Positions 26,823 to 32,000 of a DNA stretch of 32,000 nucleotides are shown here, one piece after another. How positions within the stretch are numbered: the stretch's first letter is position 1; the number at the start of each line of letters is the position of its first letter. Where the stretch lies: positions 4,050,001 to 4,082,000 of the forward strand of contig NZ_CP011304.1 in the NCBI RefSeq assembly GCF_000981785.2, in the 5' to 3' direction. Position numbers and translations under genes: made by a program. The stretch comes from Microcystis aeruginosa NIES-2549. Its GTDB lineage: Bacteria; Cyanobacteriota; Cyanobacteriia; Cyanobacteriales; Microcystaceae. Under the pieces are notes generated by a model that saw only the letters and a program-made list of their open reading frames with translations, was not told the origin of the DNA and did not search any database.

Positions 26823-28572
26823 AAATTGTCTGCCACTAAAAATTATTGAAATACAGCCTTCTGCGTTAGAAAATAATTATCAAACTATAGGCAAAAACTC
26901 TAATGTCTATTTTCTTCATCTTCCGACTATTAAACTATGTAAAATCAAAGAAATATCTAATCTTAAAGATTACTTAATTAGTTTTGCAAATGAATTAGAT
27001 GATAAAAGTGTATTGTGTATATTGTCCAATGCAGAAATTGCCTGTCAAGTCATATCGTTTTTAGAAAAATCTACATATTTCAAGCTATGGGTTGCTATCA
27101 AAAGAAGTCAAGCATTAATGGATGAGAGCTATATGTTAGACAACCATGTATCTTTGACGATGTTTACTAAATACCGTTCACCTTTAAAGCATAATAAAAC
27201 TTTAATTCAGTATTCTTATTGTCCCTCCTGTAATAAAACGACAAAAGATTATGGAGGTAAAAAACATTTATATAGTCCATTGGGAACATTAATGTCAGAT
27301 GTGTGGAGGGACATAAGTTATTCTCATCAAAAAATACCTCAAGATATTCTTGAAAGAATAAAGGATCTTTTTGGGTTAGAACCATATCAATTTGTGTACT
27401 ATATAGATCTACAAAATTATTTTGCCACCATCGACAATAATCAAAAAATAAAACCTCTAGAAAATACAACTAATAATGTCATATACAAACAACCAAGTAA
27501 TTTGATTAAAAGCAATCTACTAATTAATGATGATTGCTTAAATTATCTACGATTATTACCCAATAATTCAATAGATTTTGTTTTTGCCGATCCTCCTTAC
27601 AATATCCAAAAAAAATATGATATATGGAATGATTGTCAGGATAATAATCAATACATAAAGTGGTGTATTGAATGGGTCAATGAACTGGCTAGAGTATTAA
27701 AGAATGGAAAAACTCTAGCACTCCTCAATATTCCTATATACTTGGCTAAATACTATGAATTTAGTCAAGGAGTTTTAGAATTTCAAAATTGGATAGTTTG
27801 GGAAAGTCTTAGTCTTCCTGTAAGACAAATAATGCCTGCACATTATGGTATTTTGTGCCTAGGCAAAGGTGAACCAGAAATTAAAAAAATTAGTAATGAA
27901 AGTATTTATGATTATAATTTTTCTTTAAAAGAATGGTATTGTATTAGAGAGCAATGTATCAAAAAAAGAAATAAAGATAAAACAGTAGATAGAGAACCGT
28001 TAACTAATATATGGTGGGACATTCATAGACTAAAGCATAATTCAAAACGTGTAGATCACCCATGTCAACTACCTCCAACACTAATGAAACGTATTCTCAC
28101 TATATTTACCGAGGAAAATGATTTAGTATTAGACCCCTTTAATGGCTCTGGTACAACTACTCTTGTTGCCTCTATCATGAACAGACGATACATTGGCATT
28201 GAAATTTCTGAGCAGTATCATTCTTTAGCTGAACAAAGACATACAGAGTTAGAAAATGGTGTTGATCCATTTGCTAAAAGAGATATTATTCCTAAGGCTA
28301 AAAATAGTAGAGTTAATCGTATTAAAAAACAAAAATATGATGTTTCTAAAAAAACTTTACAGCTAGAAGTGAGAGATATAGCGCTAAAAATAGGACGAAA
28401 ACCAACCAGAGAAGATATAGAAAAGTACAGCCAATATCCTTTCAGATACTTTGACGAATATTTTGCTGATTGGGGAGAAGTTTGTAGCGCTGTCGGTGAT
28501 AAGGGTATGCAAGAAAACAAGGACATAGATAACTACCCAAACTTTAAGCAGCTTGAGCTACCATTTGAGTGA
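26806..28572 (+). CDS. DNA methyltransferase, beta-class N6A/N4C family (motif IV before motif I), with a degenerate N-terminal duplicate half and a C-terminal helical tail
   Basis: 588 aa. Motif IV FADPPYN (DPPY at nt 27589-27600), HPCQLP (28057-28074) and motif I LDPFNGSGTT (28132-28158). The N-terminal ~230 aa and C-terminal ~90 aa are additional to a normal enzyme of about 270 aa. Confidence 0.85.
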   Translation: MSHKSENCLPLKIIEIQPSALENNYQTIGKNSNVYFLHLPTIKLCKIKEISNLKDYLISFANELDDKSVLCILSNAEIACQVISFLEKSTYFKLWVAIKRSQALMDESYMLDNHVSLTMFTKYRSPLKHNKTLIQYSYCPSCNKTTKDYGGKKHLYSPLGTLMSDVWRDISYSHQKIPQDILERIKDLFGLEPYQFVYYIDLQNYFATIDNNQKIKPLENTTNNVIYKQPSNLIKSNLLINDDCLNYLRLLPNNSIDFVFADPPYNIQKKYDIWNDCQDNNQYIKWCIEWVNELARVLKNGKTLALLNIPIYLAKYYEFSQGVLEFQNWIVWESLSLPVRQIMPAHYGILCLGKGEPEIKKISNESIYDYNFSLKEWYCIREQCIKKRNKDKTVDREPLTNIWWDIHRLKHNSKRVDHPCQLPPTLMKRILTIFTEENDLVLDPFNGSGTTTLVASIMNRRYIGIEISEQYHSLAEQRHTELENGVDPFAKRDIIPKAKNSRVNRIKKQKYDVSKKTLQLEVRDIALKIGRKPTREDIEKYSQYPFRYFDEYFADWGEVCSAVGDKGMQENKDIDNYPNFKQLELPFE

Positions 28573-28714
28573 TTCTTAATAATGTTGACTTATTTCTCAC
28601 AGGATCGCTTAGTCAAAATTAAACCCCCTAACCGGCGAAAATTAACTGCAAGCGATCGAAAAACTGGGAAAATATTCAATTGATTCAATGTCATCTTTTT
28701 TAACTATCCTGCCC

Positions 28715-29104
28715 ATGAATAATCAGGTCATCCGTACTGATAAAGCTCCGGCCCCTGTGGGTCCCTATAATCAAGCGATCGCCGCTCCTGGTCCTTTTCT
28801 CTTTGTTGCGGGACAAATTCCCCTAGATCCCGTCACGGGTGAAATCGTCTCCGGGGAAATTAGCGCCCAAACCGAACAAGTTATGGCCAATCTAGAGGGC
28901 ATTTTAACCGCTGCTGGGGCTAATTGGTCAAATGTGGTGAAAACTACCGTCTTTCTCTCGGATTTAGCCAATTTCGGGGCGATGAATCAAGTTTATGCCC
29001 GTTATTTCCCCCCGGAAACTGCCCCGGCCCGGGCCTGTGTGGAGGTGGCCCGTCTTCCCAAAGATGTGCTAGTGGAAATAGAATGTATTGCCGCTTTAGC
29101 CTAA
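28715..29104 (+). CDS. ridA: RidA (YjgF/TdcF) family reactive-intermediate imine deaminase
   Basis: [22 protein letters not shown] ... [22 protein letters not shown] 28715 gives the usual length of about 129 aa, and an in-frame ATG at 28688 is the alternative. Confidence 0.88.
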   Translation: MNNQVIRTDKAPAPVGPYNQAIAAPGPFLFVAGQIPLDPVTGEIVSGEISAQTEQVMANLEGILTAAGANWSNVVKTTVFLSDLANFGAMNQVYARYFPPETAPARACVEVARLPKDVLVEIECIAALA

Positions 29105-29111
29105 AAATTAA

Positions 29112-29128
29112 GGTGGGCAATGCCCACC
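29112..29128 (-). terminator. Rho-independent terminator for rpoC1
   Basis: On the minus strand, ggtgggc-att-gcccacc is followed by ttaattttt, 17 nt after the rpoC1 stop. The T-run overlaps the ridA stop codon. Confidence 0.6.
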
Positions 29129-29144
29129 CTAACCTAATCTCTCT

Positions 29145-31025
29145 CTAGACCACCAAAGCCTCTAGAATCGTCTTATTGTAGATAATTCGCCCTACAGTAG
29201 TACGCACATACTGAGAAATTATCTCACCATCCTTCTCGCGGGTTTTGCGCTCCCGATAATATTTCCAGATGCTGCCATCGGGGAGAGTTTCCGTTTCCAG
29301 GACTTCCTCATCGGGTTTATTGGTTTTCACCTTTTCTCCGACTGGTAAACGCAACCACACAGAAGCGTGCAGATCCACCAATCCCTGATCGAAAGAGCGA
29401 ATAGCGTCATCCATGCTGGCGAAATAACGACCTCCACCCTTTTGGGCCTTGGGATTTTCGGCCGTGAGATAATAACAACCCAAAACCATATCCTGAGAAG
29501 GGGCAACAATCGGGCGACCGGTCGCCGGTGAGAGAATATTATGACAAGCTAACATCAATAATCGCGCTTCCGATTGTGCTTCCAGGGAGAGGGGAATATG
29601 TACGGCCATTTGGTCCCCGTCAAAGTCAGCGTTAAAAGCGGGACAGACGAGGGGATGTAACTGAATCGCCCGGCCCTCCACCAGTATCGGTTCAAACGCT
29701 TGAATGCCCAAACGGTGCAGGGTAGGAGCGCGGTTTAACATCACCGGGTGTCCCGTGATCACTTCATCCAAGACGTGCCAAACATTGGCATCCCCCCGTT
29801 GGATCATTTTCTTGGCTGCCTTGATATTATTGACGATGCCTAATTTAATTAAACGATGGATAACGAAGGGCTGGAACAATTCGATCGCCATTTCCCGGGG
29901 TAAACCGCATTGATAGATCTTCAACTTCGGGCCGACAACGATAACCGAACGTCCCGAATAGTCAACCCGTTTACCGAGGAGATTTTGACGGAAACGCCCC
30001 TGTTTACCCTCGATAATATCCGATAAAGACTTCAGGGCGCGATTATTGGCCCCCACCACCGTGCGACCGCGACGACCGTTATCAATTAAAGCATCGACGG
30101 CCTCCTGTAACATCCGTTTTTCGTTACGGACGATAATTTCCGGGGCGAGAATTTCTTGCAGACGGGATAAACGGTTATTGCGGTTAATCACCCGACGGTA
30201 GAGATCGTTCAGGTCAGAGGTGGCAAAACGGCCGCCGTCCAACTGCACCATCGGGCGTAAATCGGGAGGAATCACGGGAATTACGCTTAAAACCATCCAT
30301 TCTGCCTGAGAACCCGTGGCGATAAAGTTATCGATTACCCGGAGACGTTTAATTAATTTTGCCCGTTTTTGCCCCTTACTTTCGACAATTTCCGTCCGCA
30401 GTCTTTCCGCTTCTTCTTCCAGGTTAATTTCCTGTAAGAGTCTTTGGATAGCCTCGGCCCCGATACCCACTTCAATGCCGACTAATTCCGAATCCTCCGC
30501 GTAGATTTCTTCTTCGATCTCTAACCATTGATCTTCGCTGAGGAGTTGTTTATAACTAAGATTGCCGGCATTACCCGGATCGAGAACCACATAGGCATTA
30601 AAATAGACGATCTGCTCCACGTCCCGCAGGGGCATATCGAGCAGGATACTGAGATAACTGGGAATACCTTTGAGATACCAAACGTGGGTGACAGGGGCGG
30701 CTAATTTGATAAAACCCATGCGATGACGACGTACCCGGGACTCGGTGACTTCTACCCCGCAACGTTCACAGACAATTCCCCGGTGACGGACGCGTTTGTA
30801 TTTACCGCACCAACATTCCCAGTCTTTGGAGGGGCCAAAAATTTTCTCGCAGAATAACCCATCCATTTCCGGTTTGAGAGTCCGATAGTTGATCGTTTCT
30901 GGTTTGGTTACTTCTCCGACGACTTGACCGTTAGGTAGGGTTCTTTCTCCCCATTGCCGAATTCTCTCGGGGGACGCTAAACCGATTTTGACGTAATCAA
31001 ATCTTTGATCTGTTGGAGTCTTCAT
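29145..31025 (-). CDS. rpoC1: DNA-directed RNA polymerase subunit gamma (N-terminal half of beta-prime)
   Basis: [28 protein letters not shown] at ATG 31025 (the track TTG at 31097 adds 24 aa). Zinc-binding CxCGKY...CERCG and catalytic NADFDGDQM. Confidence 0.95.
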   Translation of the reverse strand: MKTPTDQRFDYVKIGLASPERIRQWGERTLPNGQVVGEVTKPETINYRTLKPEMDGLFCEKIFGPSKDWECWCGKYKRVRHRGIVCERCGVEVTESRVRRHRMGFIKLAAPVTHVWYLKGIPSYLSILLDMPLRDVEQIVYFNAYVVLDPGNAGNLSYKQLLSEDQWLEIEEEIYAEDSELVGIEVGIGAEAIQRLLQEINLEEEAERLRTEIVESKGQKRAKLIKRLRVIDNFIATGSQAEWMVLSVIPVIPPDLRPMVQLDGGRFATSDLNDLYRRVINRNNRLSRLQEILAPEIIVRNEKRMLQEAVDALIDNGRRGRTVVGANNRALKSLSDIIEGKQGRFRQNLLGKRVDYSGRSVIVVGPKLKIYQCGLPREMAIELFQPFVIHRLIKLGIVNNIKAAKKMIQRGDANVWHVLDEVITGHPVMLNRAPTLHRLGIQAFEPILVEGRAIQLHPLVCPAFNADFDGDQMAVHIPLSLEAQSEARLLMLACHNILSPATGRPIVAPSQDMVLGCYYLTAENPKAQKGGGRYFASMDDAIRSFDQGLVDLHASVWLRLPVGEKVKTNKPDEEVLETETLPDGSIWKYYRERKTREKDGEIISQYVRTTVGRIIYNKTILEALVV

Positions 31026-31204
31026 TCTGAATTTTTTACTATGGGTAATGATCTGGGATAAGCGATCGCTCTCGCGTTCTCGATGCCCCGATGACAACTA
31101 TTGGGCAGAAACGACAATTAACTCAGTCACTTTTTCTTGGGGTCAAACTGGCCCGACCGAGTCCGGGACATTACATTATACAATTTTTCTAGTTCGATCG
31201 ACCA

Positions 31205-32000
31205 TTAAGTGATATTTTCCCAGATGGTGATGCTGCCGTCGGCCGCGGCCGCCGCTAGGTGGCAATAATCGGGGCTGAGAACTAAACTGGAGATCGGCGA
31301 TGATCGCCCATCGGCAGCGGTGAGAGTTGCGATCGCCTGTTGAGAATTGGCTAACCAGATTTTAATCTCTCCGTCGGTTCCCCCGGTAAATAACCATTGA
31401 CCCTCCTCTGCGAATACCAAGCTTGTCACCTGACCATTATGGGCATTGATCACCCGAATTGGCGCAAAATGACCGCTTTTCTCCGGGTCGTATTGCCAGA
31501 TTTTCACCGTCCCATCCACACAACCGGCGGCAATAATCTGACCATCGGCAGCGATCGCAAGACTCTCTACCGAAGAAACGTTACCGGATAGGACGGCGAT
31601 TTTTGCTCCCGATCCCAATTGCCAGAGGGAGACAGTGCCATCACCTCCAGCTGCGGCGATAAAATCTTGATTAGGAGCCACCGCTAGGGCATAAATTGCC
31701 CCCAGACTGTCATAGGAGCTAAATTCTTCGGTTTCCTGCTCTAAATTCCACTGTTTTAGGGTTTGATCGTAACTACCACTAACCAAAAAATGCCACCGAG
31801 GGGCAAAATCTAGGCCGTGAATCGAACCGAGATGACCGAGGAAAATTTGATTTAATTCCAGACTACTGGCATCGCTGGCTAAAGTCCATAATTTAACGGT
31901 TTGATCGAATCCTCCCGTCGCTAGATGATAATCGCCGTTTCCGGTGACTGCTAGGGCTAAAATGCCCTGATCATGAGCTTCCACCGTATTAATCAGGGTT
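31205..32000 (-). CDS. WD40-repeat protein, C-terminal part (5' end off-window)
   Basis: Repeated units of H..V..LA....G..LA(T/S)GG.D.T(V/I)K(L/I)W type. The frame stays open upstream of the GTG at 31984 to the window edge. Confidence 0.8.
   Translation of the reverse strand, partial: TLINTVEAHDQGILALAVTGNGDYHLATGGFDQTVKLWTLASDASSLELNQIFLGHLGSIHGLDFAPRWHFLVSGSYDQTLKQWNLEQETEEFSSYDSLGAIYALAVAPNQDFIAAAGGDGTVSLWQLGSGAKIAVLSGNVSSVESLAIAADGQIIAAGCVDGTVKIWQYDPEKSGHFAPIRVINAHNGQVTSLVFAEEGQWLFTGGTDGEIKIWLANSQQAIATLTAADGRSSPISSLVLSPDYCHLAAAAADGSITIWENIT

Noticed and set aside
25703-28623. 8-bp direct repeat AAATTAAA (25703-25710 and 28616-28623) as a target-site duplication of the AT-rich island
   Set aside because: It is too short and AT-rich to distinguish from chance in this context, and there are no accompanying inverted repeats or recombinase.
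28582-28683. 33-aa ORF ([33 protein letters not shown]) between the methyltransferase and ridA
   Set aside because: It is too short and basic to support without conservation data. It may simply be native intergenic sequence at the right island border.

Overview
This is a cyanobacterial chromosomal segment. HIP1 octamers (GCGATCGC) occur at 3926-3933, 13530-13537, 13552-13559 and 31062-31069. The split RNA polymerase gene rpoC1, ndhH and a four-ACT aspartokinase are also cyanobacterial traits. The dense heptamer arrays and MITE-like palindromic repeats suggest a Microcystis-like Chroococcales genome, but that is recollection, not proof.

Housekeeping genes: an HCAR/FrhB-like fragment, lysC, nnr, a carboxylesterase, rsmB, a TerB-like gene, pgm, putA, ndhH, a PgpH-like 7TM-HD hydrolase, ileS, ridA and rpoC1.

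Accessory content:
1. An NB-ARC/TPR STAND NTPase preceded by a small helical protein (865-3013).
2. A repeat-riddled stretch at 16.3-18.7 kb holding a truncated toxin, a DUF2283 gene, and a small ORF overlapping a minimal nucleotidyltransferase gene.
3. A convergent pair of Uma2 (DUF820) nucleases.
4. A sharply AT-rich two-gene island (about 25.7-28.6 kb) wedged between ileS and ridA. It encodes an unassigned nuclease-like protein translationally coupled to a 588-aa DNA methyltransferase. That methyltransferase appears to be a dead-half/live-half tandem duplication with an extra C-terminal helical tail.
5. A WD40 protein fragment at the right edge.

The AT-rich island is my best candidate for a poorly described defence or restriction-modification-like module, and the NLR-like pair is second. 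No rRNA, tRNA or CRISPR array was seen. All family assignments are by-eye motif recognition without database searches.
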